A stretch of DNA of 64,000 nt. Source: an uncultured virus (IMG/VR IMGVR_UViG_3300027787_000001). Lineage: Duplodnaviria; Heunggongvirae; Uroviricota; Caudoviricetes. The translations under genes and the position numbers were made by a program. The notes beneath the pieces are model-generated. The model saw nothing but the letters and a program-made list of their open reading frames with translations, was not told where the DNA came from and did no database searches. The stretch is from the IMG/VR virus record IMGVR_UViG_3300027787_000001; one strand, given 5' to 3'. Below, piece after piece: positions 46,429 through 55,880 of this stretch (within the stretch, counting starts at the first letter, position 1; each line of letters begins with the position of its first letter).

Positions 46429-47024
46429 ATTCCGCCGAAGCTGACTGAACCCTTCCCCACTCGCAGCGTCGGGGCATCCAGCATGTCGTCCATTTCTTCG
46501 CCGATGCGGTTGGTCTTCTCTTCCAGCACCTGCTGATTGATTGCCTCGCCCTCGCGTTTGTGGTCCTCGAACGTCATTCCCAGATTGGTTTTGAGGACGT
46601 GGATCAGGACGTAATTGGCATCCTCGGACGGAACCTTGCCGCGTTTGATTCGCATGTTCTCCAGGGGTTGCCAGTCTCCGTATGGTGCCCAAGGGACTCC
46701 CCCGCCGTATAGGTTAAAGTGCGACCGCTCGGATATCGGGGGTTTCCAGATTGCCGCGATCCAGCATGGACCGTACATCCTCGCCCATGATTCCCTCTTG
46801 TAGATCGGCACCGTAGCGAGAATGTTCCCCACCGCAACAATGTCCCGCTTTGGCGTGAAGACACCCATCTCGTTGATCTGGCCGTCCCGCACCCAATATT
46901 CCATCTCCGTGCTGTAGACCCATTTGCATTTTGGCTGCTCGCCCTGGTTGCCGAACGAGACAAAGCCAAAAGTTTCACCGAGGCGTTGATTCAATTTGTT
47001 GATGTGGCGCTGTGTGTCGGTCAT
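46425..47024 (-). CDS. Hypothetical late protein
   Basis: Long ORF in operon, Trp-rich. Confidence 0.75.
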   Translation of the reverse strand: MTDTQRHINKLNQRLGETFGFVSFGNQGEQPKCKWVYSTEMEYWVRDGQINEMGVFTPKRDIVAVGNILATVPIYKRESWARMYGPCWIAAIWKPPISERSHFNLYGGGVPWAPYGDWQPLENMRIKRGKVPSEDANYVLIHVLKTNLGMTFEDHKREGEAINQQVLEEKTNRIGEEMDDMLDAPTLRVGKGSVSFGGI

Positions 47025-47030
47025 ACTGAT

Positions 47031-48806
47031 CTACCTTTTGCTGTTCCCGCCCATCACGGCCGTGCCGCCGAGGACGGAGGACGCACCAGCCGCAATGCCG
47101 GTACTAAACTCAAACGCCCCACGCTCCCAAGTACCGTCAAACGTCCGGCTGACTCCGGCTAAATCCACGTTGTACGGTGCCGACAATGTAATGCCGTCGT
47201 TCAAGTGGGCGTCCACCGTTTCACTGGTCAGGTGAAAGTCAGTAGCGGATACGAATGGATTAACCCCAACTCCTCCAGGAGCGGTGCCGACCTGAAATTC
47301 ATGCGCGGCAACCGTTGTCGGCCCTTCCCCGGTATTAAGCCACGTGTTGTAATCATGCGAGATATCGGCGTTGCTAAATATGTCCCCGGCTGTACAATTC
47401 CACCAGAGATTATTTTGAACTGTGTTTCCCGTAGAAGCAGCCAAGGTGATTCTGACACCGGCAACATCCGCTCCGGGGTGCCCAGGAGCTAAATGGATTC
47501 CAGAAAAAGTGTTCCCATAGAATACCGAATTCGTCAAGACACCTGTAGGTCCGTTATCACCGATGCCTTTTGATACCCCACAAGTAGACGACGTGTCACC
47601 TAAATGTGTACAAACAGAATCCCAGTCGCTCGTATAGTAAAAGATATTGTTATATACCAGCCAACTGTCACACAGCCCGTTCAAACACGTGATAAAGCCG
47701 GTACCCTGGATATTTTTGAACGTGGAAGAAACAACCGTCAAATTACTCAGGCCCGTTTTTGTTGAATCGTTTGCCGGTGCCTGCGTCTGAATGGCGTTAG
47801 AGTGCTGAGCCGCATCGCTAAAATTATTTTCTATCCAATCATTTGACACGGTGAACCCGGTGACATTGCCGGCAGATTGCACCAAAACCTGGATGTCATG
47901 AACAAAAGAATGTTTAAGACTGATGGTCGTAACTGTTGGTGTGGTCGTCGACGGACTTCCAAAATAAAACGCAGTAGAGCCTGACTGGCTGGCGGCATAC
48001 GCCAAACCGGAGGCCGTGGTGGGGGATGAAGTAAGAATTAAGTGCGTGGCATCCGTGACTGAGGAAATGGTGCGGACCACAGCGTTAATCGTTATTTGCT
48101 TTCCACTCCAAAAACCGGATGTATCGAACTGGCTACGTGGGCTACCGGAAGCGTCTGTCGCCCAAGTGACTGTAGTAGTTCCATCTGTATTGAGAGTGCC
48201 TGTGCCGAGCACCGCTGAACCAGCCGCCTCTACACCATCCAGTTCTATATGCGCGAGAGTGATATGAGATAGCGACGCTTCGCTGCACGCATGGCTGTCA
48301 ATGCGAATGAACCCAAACATTCGTCCGCTGCTGACGAAATGGAACCCGTAGGTCCCCGTTGTATCGGAAGTCCCAACTTGTCCGTCCACGTCGTAGTAGT
48401 TGCCGCACATATCCCAAAAGGGATTCTTGAGTCCGTCTGTTGCAACAAAAGAATTGGACCACAAGATGTTAGGCGTCACGTCCACGCCAAAACTGGCATT
48501 CCATCCGGTTGCCGTTCCGTGATCCGCCCCAGTCGCCGCCTTGATCGTGATGTGACTCCCGGCTGTCCCGCTGGTGCTGAAGGTGTGAGTAAGTTCCCCG
48601 GCACACGGCGTGGTCGTGTCCGCAAGGTTGCCGCCGGAGTTCCCGATGTAGACTACATCTCCTGCCGCGAGCGGTGGGATTTTACAGTTGGCGTTTGACC
48701 AATCTGTCCCAGCGTGTGTCCCCGCGCCACCGGCGAGAACAAAGAACGTCGATGCAGAGCAATCCGACACCAGCAGAAACACGTAGATGGGGAATCGCAG
48801 TATCAT
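47031..48806 (-). CDS. Secreted beta-helix-like protein (choice-of-anchor Q-like C-terminus)
   Basis: Signal peptide; GTDWSNA; YNNIF/GNTF/NNLW repeats; DFHL...DLAGVSR...WERGAFEF. Confidence 0.7.
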   Translation of the reverse strand: MILRFPIYVFLLVSDCSASTFFVLAGGAGTHAGTDWSNANCKIPPLAAGDVVYIGNSGGNLADTTTPCAGELTHTFSTSGTAGSHITIKAATGADHGTATGWNASFGVDVTPNILWSNSFVATDGLKNPFWDMCGNYYDVDGQVGTSDTTGTYGFHFVSSGRMFGFIRIDSHACSEASLSHITLAHIELDGVEAAGSAVLGTGTLNTDGTTTVTWATDASGSPRSQFDTSGFWSGKQITINAVVRTISSVTDATHLILTSSPTTASGLAYAASQSGSTAFYFGSPSTTTPTVTTISLKHSFVHDIQVLVQSAGNVTGFTVSNDWIENNFSDAAQHSNAIQTQAPANDSTKTGLSNLTVVSSTFKNIQGTGFITCLNGLCDSWLVYNNIFYYTSDWDSVCTHLGDTSSTCGVSKGIGDNGPTGVLTNSVFYGNTFSGIHLAPGHPGADVAGVRITLAASTGNTVQNNLWWNCTAGDIFSNADISHDYNTWLNTGEGPTTVAAHEFQVGTAPGGVGVNPFVSATDFHLTSETVDAHLNDGITLSAPYNVDLAGVSRTFDGTWERGAFEFSTGIAAGASSVLGGTAVMGGNSKR

Positions 48807-50212
48807 TGCACGAACGCTGTCTGTCCGCCGACACTAGCCTGATGCTGTGCGGCCCCGACATCACGAAAATTGGTTGTCAATCCCGCAGGGAAAGTCAAAG
48901 GGTCTCCGACCGATTGAAGAAGCGCTCCGGCTCCGACCGTGTTGTTGAGAAGAAAGTTGGACGCTGCTGCGTTGACGAACACCGATCCGGCAGTGACTGG
49001 AATAGCTCCGACATTGGCCATTGGGTTGGCGTTGGTGGCGACCCCAACGGAATTATTGTTGAAGTAGGAAACATTTCTAAGGTTTTTCCCTTGACCAGTA
49101 AAATTGAATCCGGCAGAAGCAACGCTGACGCCGTTGTTTTCTGCATGAGAGTCAACGACTAGCCCTGGCGCGTTGGTGGTACTGGCAGCAAATCCATGCT
49201 GGCCGTTGGACACAGCAACGCAGTGGTAACAGACTTGATTTGAATAACCGATAGTGGTTGCGCCTGTGTTCCCGTAGGATAAACAATCGACACAATACAG
49301 AGTCGTTATCGGGGTCGCTGTATTTGCCCATGCTTCACAGGCAATGCAGATGGCAGTTCCTCCGAAGACCGCGGCAGAATTAGTCGTCGCGCCGCACTTG
49401 TAGAAGATCGGGGTACCGCTGGTAGCGGTATTGAAGTTTTTGAATAGGCAGTTGGTAAAAATGTTGGCCCCCGATGTCAACTTAGCCGCGGTCTGTGTAT
49501 TTCCGTCGAAGATGATGTTCTTATATATAGTCGCGCTGGTCGTAGCGATTGTTACGGTGGTCGTGTTGATTTGGATCGTCGGTCTGTTGTCCGAGTTCCC
49601 CAGTGTGCGGCTGGAAGTATACCCTTGCATAAATACCACGGTCGCCCCGGAGAACGTGCCGCCCGCCACATTGCCTGTCGCCGAAGTGATCGAGTAGACG
49701 GATGCCCCGTCAGCACCAACATTCAAAAGAAAGATCACGTTTCCGGAAATTGCCAATGAGTTCGCCTGACCGGGGCTTAGAAGTGCCCCACCGATGTTCA
49801 TGGTCGCTCCGGTCCCAGTAGTCAAGCCGGTTGACCGATCCACCACAATCGTGGTCGAGTTGGTGAAAGTAATAACTTGATACCAAGCTGAGGCTATTGA
49901 TCCTGTACCGCCAGACACGTTGATGATGTTGCCGACGATGGCAGCGCTGAAATTAGCCGTTGCCGAGGTGATGGTGGTCGTTCCATTTGTGACCGCATCT
50001 GTGGTGGAGATGTTGATCGTCGCGCTCTGACAGGACGTGCAAGCCACGGCATTCTTATTGGCGAACAGGGACATATCCGTGCCCGATGCGCCGGTGACGA
50101 ATCCGCCGCCATTGGTGTCGCTGCCGGTGAGCCTGACTTCAAAAACCGATTGCGCTGATATGGCGGAAAACGCCCGAGATGCAAAGAGTAAAACGACGAG
50201 TAGCTTTTTCAT
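48803..50212 (-). CDS. Secreted beta-helix-like protein
   Basis: Signal peptide MKKLLVVLLFASRAFS/A; GSDTNGGGF; Cys-rich repeats; RDVGAAQH. Confidence 0.7.
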   Translation of the reverse strand: MKKLLVVLLFASRAFSAISAQSVFEVRLTGSDTNGGGFVTGASGTDMSLFANKNAVACTSCQSATINISTTDAVTNGTTTITSATANFSAAIVGNIINVSGGTGSIASAWYQVITFTNSTTIVVDRSTGLTTGTGATMNIGGALLSPGQANSLAISGNVIFLLNVGADGASVYSITSATGNVAGGTFSGATVVFMQGYTSSRTLGNSDNRPTIQINTTTVTIATTSATIYKNIIFDGNTQTAAKLTSGANIFTNCLFKNFNTATSGTPIFYKCGATTNSAAVFGGTAICIACEAWANTATPITTLYCVDCLSYGNTGATTIGYSNQVCYHCVAVSNGQHGFAASTTNAPGLVVDSHAENNGVSVASAGFNFTGQGKNLRNVSYFNNNSVGVATNANPMANVGAIPVTAGSVFVNAAASNFLLNNTVGAGALLQSVGDPLTFPAGLTTNFRDVGAAQHQASVGGQTAFVQ

Positions 50213-51246
50213 TATTGTGTCCCCGAAAGCGTGACCTTCCCAGACAGTGTGTGGATGTTTGTAGGGGAAGTAAGCACTATGCAAACCACTATTGGCGCGG
50301 CTGCCGTGCCTGAGATTGTTTTCGACCACCCGGTTAGAGTTGTGTCTTTGAATCCGAGAACCGCCGAGAAGGTTGGTGTATCCGAGGCTGTGATTGATGT
50401 GGCACCGCCAGGGCCGGATGTCAGATAGTTGGCAAAGGTCTCGGTCTGAAGATCCAGCGTAGCGCCGCCCGAAACATCCCCGAGTAGGCTAATGCCCGTG
50501 ATGGTCGCGGTGTAGGTTATGGTATTGCAGGCTGTCTGTCCTGTGAGGACGGCTGTGCTGGAGAATCCTATCGCAATTTCATGTGTGACCGCCGTCACAC
50601 CGGAGCCGCTGCATCCGCTTGTCGTCGCTCCGCCGTTTGCGTCGGTACAGAGAGACGCGCCAGTTCCCGAGACCGTGCCGGAACTCAGGAGCTTCGTGTC
50701 GGTGCCTTGGATGGCCTTGATGGAGAGCGTGCCCGGTGTACCAGCGCCGTCGCTCACAATTGCGCCTGCTGCGTCGGCGGCGGGGACTTTCCACTGGTAG
50801 GCGGTAGGAATCGACGTTGGGGCAAAGATTGTTAGGCCGTTGGCACCAAAGATAGGTAGCGTGCCCTGCCCAAAGAAGGAAGTACCGGCGATACCAGATC
50901 CTACTTGGGTGCTCAACGTGCCAGTGAGCGATAAGTTGCCGTTGGAATCAAGCAGGCACAAAGGGCATATCGTCTGGATCGCGGTCCCGCCCGCGCTGGT
51001 CACGATGGCCCCGTTGGTCATGGTGCCGGTGGTGGTGACGGAGCCGTTCCCAGATCCCATATCTGCCCAGGTGTCCGTCGCGGTGCAAAGTCGTTCCTTC
51101 GCTGTTGAGGTGTCGAAATATTTTTCACCGGCCGCGCAATGCGTTGGAGCCGTGGCGAGTTCGGGCCACGGGGGATTAGGTCCAACTATGACCTGAGCGA
51201 ACATCGCAGGACAAACCAGGGAAAAAAGTAGCGCCTGGTATCTCAT
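50212..51246 (-). CDS. Fibre-like mosaic protein with signal peptide
   Basis: MRYQALLFSLVCPAMFA/Q; C.AGEKYFDT...LCTATDTW; LCTDANG. Confidence 0.7.
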   Translation of the reverse strand: MRYQALLFSLVCPAMFAQVIVGPNPPWPELATAPTHCAAGEKYFDTSTAKERLCTATDTWADMGSGNGSVTTTGTMTNGAIVTSAGGTAIQTICPLCLLDSNGNLSLTGTLSTQVGSGIAGTSFFGQGTLPIFGANGLTIFAPTSIPTAYQWKVPAADAAGAIVSDGAGTPGTLSIKAIQGTDTKLLSSGTVSGTGASLCTDANGGATTSGCSGSGVTAVTHEIAIGFSSTAVLTGQTACNTITYTATITGISLLGDVSGGATLDLQTETFANYLTSGPGGATSITASDTPTFSAVLGFKDTTLTGWSKTISGTAAAPIVVCIVLTSPTNIHTLSGKVTLSGTQ

Positions 51247-51249
51247 TGT

Positions 51250-51603
51250 CTACTCCCCTCTTTCTACGAGAACCCAAACCGAATACGCACCCGTCCCCGC
51301 ATAGGTACTAGAAATGGTAATGGTGCTGATTGATCGGATCAGGGCAGCGCTCGTGGCGGCATTATTAGAGGTCAGATTGAATCCCGCAGGGATCGTAAGA
51401 CTTTTAGCCCCGCTATCTGTTGTGAACCCCACTGAAAATGAGACAGACCCAGATCCAGCGGTAGAAGTTTCTGCATACACGCTTACTCTGTAGAGTCCAC
51501 TGGGAAGTGAGGAGCCGACTATCGCTCCAGAAAGACTGGCGGACTGGGAAAGAAACGAAGTCACTTTCCCGCCGTTTTTTAGGCGCCCCTGGTAGTTGAG
51601 CAT
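51250..51603 (-). CDS. Small beta-rich virion-like protein
   Basis: GLYRVSVY jelly-roll-like motif; GGAG RBS. Confidence 0.65.
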   Translation of the reverse strand: MLNYQGRLKNGGKVTSFLSQSASLSGAIVGSSLPSGLYRVSVYAETSTAGSGSVSFSVGFTTDSGAKSLTIPAGFNLTSNNAATSAALIRSISTITISSTYAGTGAYSVWVLVERGE

Positions 51604-51688
51604 AGCGGCTCCATTCTGATTTGAAGCCGGTCTCTTCCGGCCGTCACGCCGCGCAAGCGTCTGGGGGCGTTCACAGAATTGCTAGGTT

Positions 51689-52105
51689 CTAGCTGACCAG
51701 CAGGAAGATTTTCATGGTCCCGGTTTCGGCACCATCGGCTACTTCCGTGTTGGTCAGGTTCGAGTAGAGCCGACACGTGAAGACGTAGGCTGTACTCGTC
51801 CTCGTCCAGACATTTGGCTGGCCGATCTTGATGTTGGTCCCGGCTGCCGTGACGACAGCGAATAGGACATCGACAGCTCGGATAGATGCGATGCCTTTCT
51901 GGAAAGTCCCTCCCTGCTGGCCTGAAGGCATGTCAGGGAAATCGCCATGTTCGAGCGATTGCAACGGAGCGGTGAAATCGAATGTGATACCGCCAGTTGC
52001 GGTAGCGTAAGTGAATCCGATCGTCGCCGTCAGCGAAACGATACGCGGATTGGTCAGGTGCGACAGACCAATTGGTGTGGGGTTAACTACAAAGCTGTTT
52101 GCCAT
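51689..52105 (-). CDS. Putative capsid cement/decoration protein
   Basis: Immediately after major capsid; YATATGGI, TEVADG motifs. Confidence 0.65.
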   Translation of the reverse strand: MANSFVVNPTPIGLSHLTNPRIVSLTATIGFTYATATGGITFDFTAPLQSLEHGDFPDMPSGQQGGTFQKGIASIRAVDVLFAVVTAAGTNIKIGQPNVWTRTSTAYVFTCRLYSNLTNTEVADGAETGTMKIFLLVS

Positions 52106-52132
52106 GTCGTTTGTCCTTTTTCTTTCTAAGCC

Positions 52133-53428
52133 CTAGTAACCAGAGGGCAAACTGCATCCATAGATCGTCCCTTGGCTGCCTGGGTCAAAGGACACAAAGT
52201 TCTCGTCCTGCGTGAGAGAAAACCAGAGTCCCGCCTGCGGTGCTCCGCTCGGACCAGGGATGAAGAAGAAGCGCTGGCCACCGATCTCGAAATAGCCGAG
52301 TTGGTTCAGCCGCGCCTTGCCCCAGAGAGAAGGAACGATCCAATCGAGGCGCGAACGATCCTGCCGGTAATCCAGCAGGTGATCGATGCCGGCGAATGGG
52401 AACGAGGACTTCGAAGCGTCCTTGGTGGCATTGGGCAGGAAATCGCGTGCCTCCATGTCCTTCGAGTTCTGGAGGTTGACGGTTAAGGCGACCTGCTCGG
52501 AGAAAATCTGCGCGCGCTGCGAGATATTGGCGAGGCCCTTCAGCCCAGTCGGTTCCTGGCCGCGCCGTTGGCCGATTGCATCGAGTAGCAGCAGGCCGTG
52601 GTTCCAGGTCAAGGCTCCATTGGCGTTGATCGAGTTGACGGCCAATTCCGGCTCGACTGCTCGATCCAGGCCCTGATAGGTGCCCGAGGAGGCGTAAGAG
52701 TTGTGGTAGTACAGTCCCTGTTTCCAGGTTGGTGCGGCGCCGGTGGTATTGACACCATCGAAGCAGATCACATCTGTTGCTCCGGCCGAAGCGACCAGGC
52801 CACTCAAAGTGATCTTTTTGTTGGAGTAGTCGATTTTGGTCACGAACATTCCCGAGGCGCGCAGTGTGTTGAAGTCGCTCGAATACACGACGACATACAT
52901 GCCGCGCCGCATACGCTGAATGCCAAAATTTGCATCGAGCGTATAAGTGGTAGCGCCCGAAACGGTAGCGGTGGCCGTCGCAGTTCCTGCTACTGCCGTG
53001 CCATCTGTGTGGAAGCTGAAATCGTTGTAGACGGCGAATTCCCTCATCGCCCTCTTCATCGTTTCCTTGAAAACCGATCCGGCCGGTGAGACTTTGGCAT
53101 CGGCCGTTGCATCCATCTTGAGCTTCGACAACTCAAAGTTGAGGCGCAGGGGGAAGAACGTCGAGATGAGCCGATCCCCAGTCATTGAGGAGCCGCGGCC
53201 CATGTCGCCGAAGTTGTTGTCGTAAGTTCCGAACCGACCGCCGGCCGATAGCCAAATGGGAGCCCGGAAATCGCGCTCACCTACTCGCGTTACTTCCGTC
53301 TTCTCGATTAGGTTCGACGCGACGACAAATGATTCCTGCCATTCTTGCAGCTTTGGCCGGATGACCTCCGACTGCATCCAAAGTGAGTTTGTGTTGGTAT
53401 AACCGTGAGTGGTACTGGCGTCTGCCAT
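52133..53428 (-). CDS. Major capsid protein
   Basis: 431 aa after scaffold; DMGRGS, DGTAV.GT, GL.Y....SGTYQGLDR; AAGGA RBS. Confidence 0.8.
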   Translation of the reverse strand: MADASTTHGYTNTNSLWMQSEVIRPKLQEWQESFVVASNLIEKTEVTRVGERDFRAPIWLSAGGRFGTYDNNFGDMGRGSSMTGDRLISTFFPLRLNFELSKLKMDATADAKVSPAGSVFKETMKRAMREFAVYNDFSFHTDGTAVAGTATATATVSGATTYTLDANFGIQRMRRGMYVVVYSSDFNTLRASGMFVTKIDYSNKKITLSGLVASAGATDVICFDGVNTTGAAPTWKQGLYYHNSYASSGTYQGLDRAVEPELAVNSINANGALTWNHGLLLLDAIGQRRGQEPTGLKGLANISQRAQIFSEQVALTVNLQNSKDMEARDFLPNATKDASKSSFPFAGIDHLLDYRQDRSRLDWIVPSLWGKARLNQLGYFEIGGQRFFFIPGPSGAPQAGLWFSLTQDENFVSFDPGSQGTIYGCSLPSGY

Positions 53429-53523
53429 AGGAATTCCTTTTGATCGTCAGGTACACTTGTCCTGAGCGAATCGAATGAATTTGGTACTGCGGCGGGAGTT
53501 AGTAGGCCGCCGTGCGGATTCCG

Positions 53524-54933
53524 CTAGATACCGAAGTTCTGCCGGAAAATCTCATCAATCTCTGCGCTCGGGTCTCGCCCTTTGACTGCCGTTCCCACCT
53601 TCGTGAGATCGGGGGCAATCGAGCGCCTGACTGGAGATCCTCCGGCCAGGTTCTTCTGGCTGGCGGAATTCGCTAACTGCTGATGCCGTTGTCTGTTTTG
53701 CTCGACAACGGTATTGGTGGCCTGTGGCAGCAGACGCTTCACTTCAGAAGTGATGATGCTTTTGGCCCTTGCTGCATACCGCTTCACGGCTTTATCCAGG
53801 TCCCTTTCGGACCCGGATCGCCGGGCGGATTCCATATCGAGATCGTAGAGCGATTTCCACTCTGCGTTCTCGGAAACTTTCTTTTCAACCCCGCTGAGTA
53901 CTCCGGTGCGGATCATCTCGAGCAGGGCCGGTCGATCTTTGAATCCTTCCTTGACCTTGGAGAGCAATTCGTCGGCAATTTCCATGACCGCCGACTCGCG
54001 CTTGGCGTTGGCGTTGGCTTCCCACTGTTTGGACTGCTCCTGGAAGTGCTGATGCCGAATCGCGTTGATGCGGCGCTCTTCCTGCTGCAGTTCGGCACGT
54101 TGCTGGGCGTATGGGTCCACGCTTCGCGCGTCATCGATCTGCTTATATCTCCCGGTAAGTTCCCAATTCGTCCTTTGGATGCGGAATATCTCTGCCTGGG
54201 CGGCCGAGATGCGTTTGGGGTCTCGGGATGCCTCTGCCTGGCGCAGTGCGTCAAACGCAGCCGGATAAAGCGCATCGAAGCTGGTCGTGATGATCGGTTC
54301 GGCTATGGTGCTGTTGAAAACCTGCGGAGCCGATCCAGCCAGAACACGTGTTCCATGCGCCACCATCTGCCCGAAGGCCTGCGGGTTGCCGGAATCGACC
54401 GCGACATTGACCAGATGCTGGACGAACGTCCCAATTCGGTTCGGGTCACCCGAAATCAGGTCGGCATTCATCCGGCGTAGGTCCGTGAAGCCCTGATAAT
54501 GCTCGACGGCGGCCTCGGGTGTGAATTCTGGGATCTGTTCACGGATTTGCCGGAGCTCTTGATGCTCGGAAACGAGAAGCTTTCCTTTGGTCTCTGAAAA
54601 ATGCCACTTTTTAGCACCATCACGCGAGGTCGTAATTTCTGGTTCGCCTATTTCATCGTCTGCCGGCTCCGCTGGAGCCTGTTCAGTGGCTTCTGCGCCC
54701 TCTTTTTCAGGCGCCGCGGCTTCCTGGCCGGGTTCCGGCGCTAATTCTTCGGGCGGCCGTCCATCGGGAGGCCCGATGGACTCCTCAGGATTGGAGAATT
54801 CAGGTGCTGTGAAGCCTGGGCCGGCTCCTGTGGTGGCGCTGGTCGTCCCAGTCTCAAAAGCGGCGTCAATTTGGGAGTCTACGAAGCCAGAAGATGGCAG
54901 TGTGCCGGCATCGGGCGCTAACGTTTCAGGCAT
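53524..54933 (-). CDS. Putative scaffolding protein
   Basis: Acidic disordered N-terminus, helical body, between portal and capsid; AGGAG RBS. Confidence 0.7.
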   Translation of the reverse strand: MPETLAPDAGTLPSSGFVDSQIDAAFETGTTSATTGAGPGFTAPEFSNPEESIGPPDGRPPEELAPEPGQEAAAPEKEGAEATEQAPAEPADDEIGEPEITTSRDGAKKWHFSETKGKLLVSEHQELRQIREQIPEFTPEAAVEHYQGFTDLRRMNADLISGDPNRIGTFVQHLVNVAVDSGNPQAFGQMVAHGTRVLAGSAPQVFNSTIAEPIITTSFDALYPAAFDALRQAEASRDPKRISAAQAEIFRIQRTNWELTGRYKQIDDARSVDPYAQQRAELQQEERRINAIRHQHFQEQSKQWEANANAKRESAVMEIADELLSKVKEGFKDRPALLEMIRTGVLSGVEKKVSENAEWKSLYDLDMESARRSGSERDLDKAVKRYAARAKSIITSEVKRLLPQATNTVVEQNRQRHQQLANSASQKNLAGGSPVRRSIAPDLTKVGTAVKGRDPSAEIDEIFRQNFGI

Positions 54934-54981
54934 TGGATCTCCTATTCAGGAAAATCTTGAAAATTTGGTCCCGGAAAACGA

Positions 54982-55026
54982 AAAAGGGGCCACCGATGAC
55001 GTGTTAGGTCATCAGCGACCCCCTTC
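54982..55026 (-). terminator. Hairpin plus T-tract upstream of scaffold gene
   Basis: On -: gggggtcgctgatgac...gtcatcggtggccccttttt. Confidence 0.55.
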
Positions 55027-55103
55027 GAAGGTTCGCTTTCCGGGATTTACAGCATCGCCGCGGTCATGAGGCGCGACGAAACGGTTAGAAAATGGCGGTT
55101 ACA

Positions 55104-55427
55104 TTATCGTTTTCTCAGATCGTGCTGTCGGACCGCCGTCTCAAACATCCGGCGCCGCTGGTCATGTATCGATGCGCGAATGCGGTGGTCAGGGTCTGGG
55201 GATTCAGTTCCGCAGAGGATACGTGCCTGTTGCTGAGCTTGTGCCAATTGGGCGCGCTCCTGCTCAAAATACATTTGCGTCTCTTGTATCCCAGCCCTTA
55301 TACGTCCCTCGATGAACTGTACGACTTCATTAGATGGGCACCAGACTGCGTGTTCTGCCCGGCCGAACACGCATCCCTCGCAGCATTGGCTGGGGCGATA
55401 CGGGCGCGAGTAGAGAGGTTCGCTCAT
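55104..55427 (-). CDS. Hypothetical protein (CCEGCVFG..H..WC)
   Basis: ATGA coupling, Cys motif. Confidence 0.6.
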   Translation of the reverse strand: MSEPLYSRPYRPSQCCEGCVFGRAEHAVWCPSNEVVQFIEGRIRAGIQETQMYFEQERAQLAQAQQQARILCGTESPDPDHRIRASIHDQRRRMFETAVRQHDLRKR

Positions 55428-55672
55428 TGCTCAGTATGATCCGGCCCTCTATGGAATCCAGTTGGTCCCCGATCCGTGGACTTATAGTCCGCTGGCATTG
55501 AAGCAAACGCCCCACCGGGTTGCATTTTCTGCGGCATTTTGCTGTACAACGCCCCACAAATGGAGCAACATTCATGGGCTCCCGCTGGTTTGGATTTCAA
55601 CCGCTCCAGCGCCTCGTGGCAATCGCATTCTTGGTTGGAGTAGACTGATTCACTCATTGGGTACCCGTTCAA
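55424..55672 (-). CDS. Small Cys-containing hypothetical protein
   Basis: Coupled ORF; start uncertain. Confidence 0.5.
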   Translation of the reverse strand: MNGYPMSESVYSNQECDCHEALERLKSKPAGAHECCSICGALYSKMPQKMQPGGAFASMPADYKSTDRGPTGFHRGPDHTEQ

Positions 55673-55871
55673 GACTGTAGAATACCCCCTCGTATGTGGC
55701 TTGTGCTGGAAGAGCCTTCCGCATCGCCTGTCTCATCTTCATCGCTCGTTCGTGTCGTGAGTGGAACCAGACAACCGACCCATCACGTAGCTGAAGCGCA
55801 CAGGCCGGATAACGATGGGAAATCTCAGTGCGTCGAACTGGCGGAAGATCTTTGTTTAGATATCCGAACAT
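55650..55871 (-). CDS. Hypothetical protein, likely leaderless
   Basis: TAGAAT six bases before ATG. Confidence 0.55.
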   Translation of the reverse strand: MFGYLNKDLPPVRRTEISHRYPACALQLRDGSVVWFHSRHERAMKMRQAMRKALPAQATYEGVFYSLERVPNE

Positions 55872-55880
55872 CTCAACATT

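Noticed and set aside
52105..52140. Programmed frameshift/readthrough extending the capsid
   Set aside because: No slippery heptamer before the stop, and the downstream gene has its own RBS
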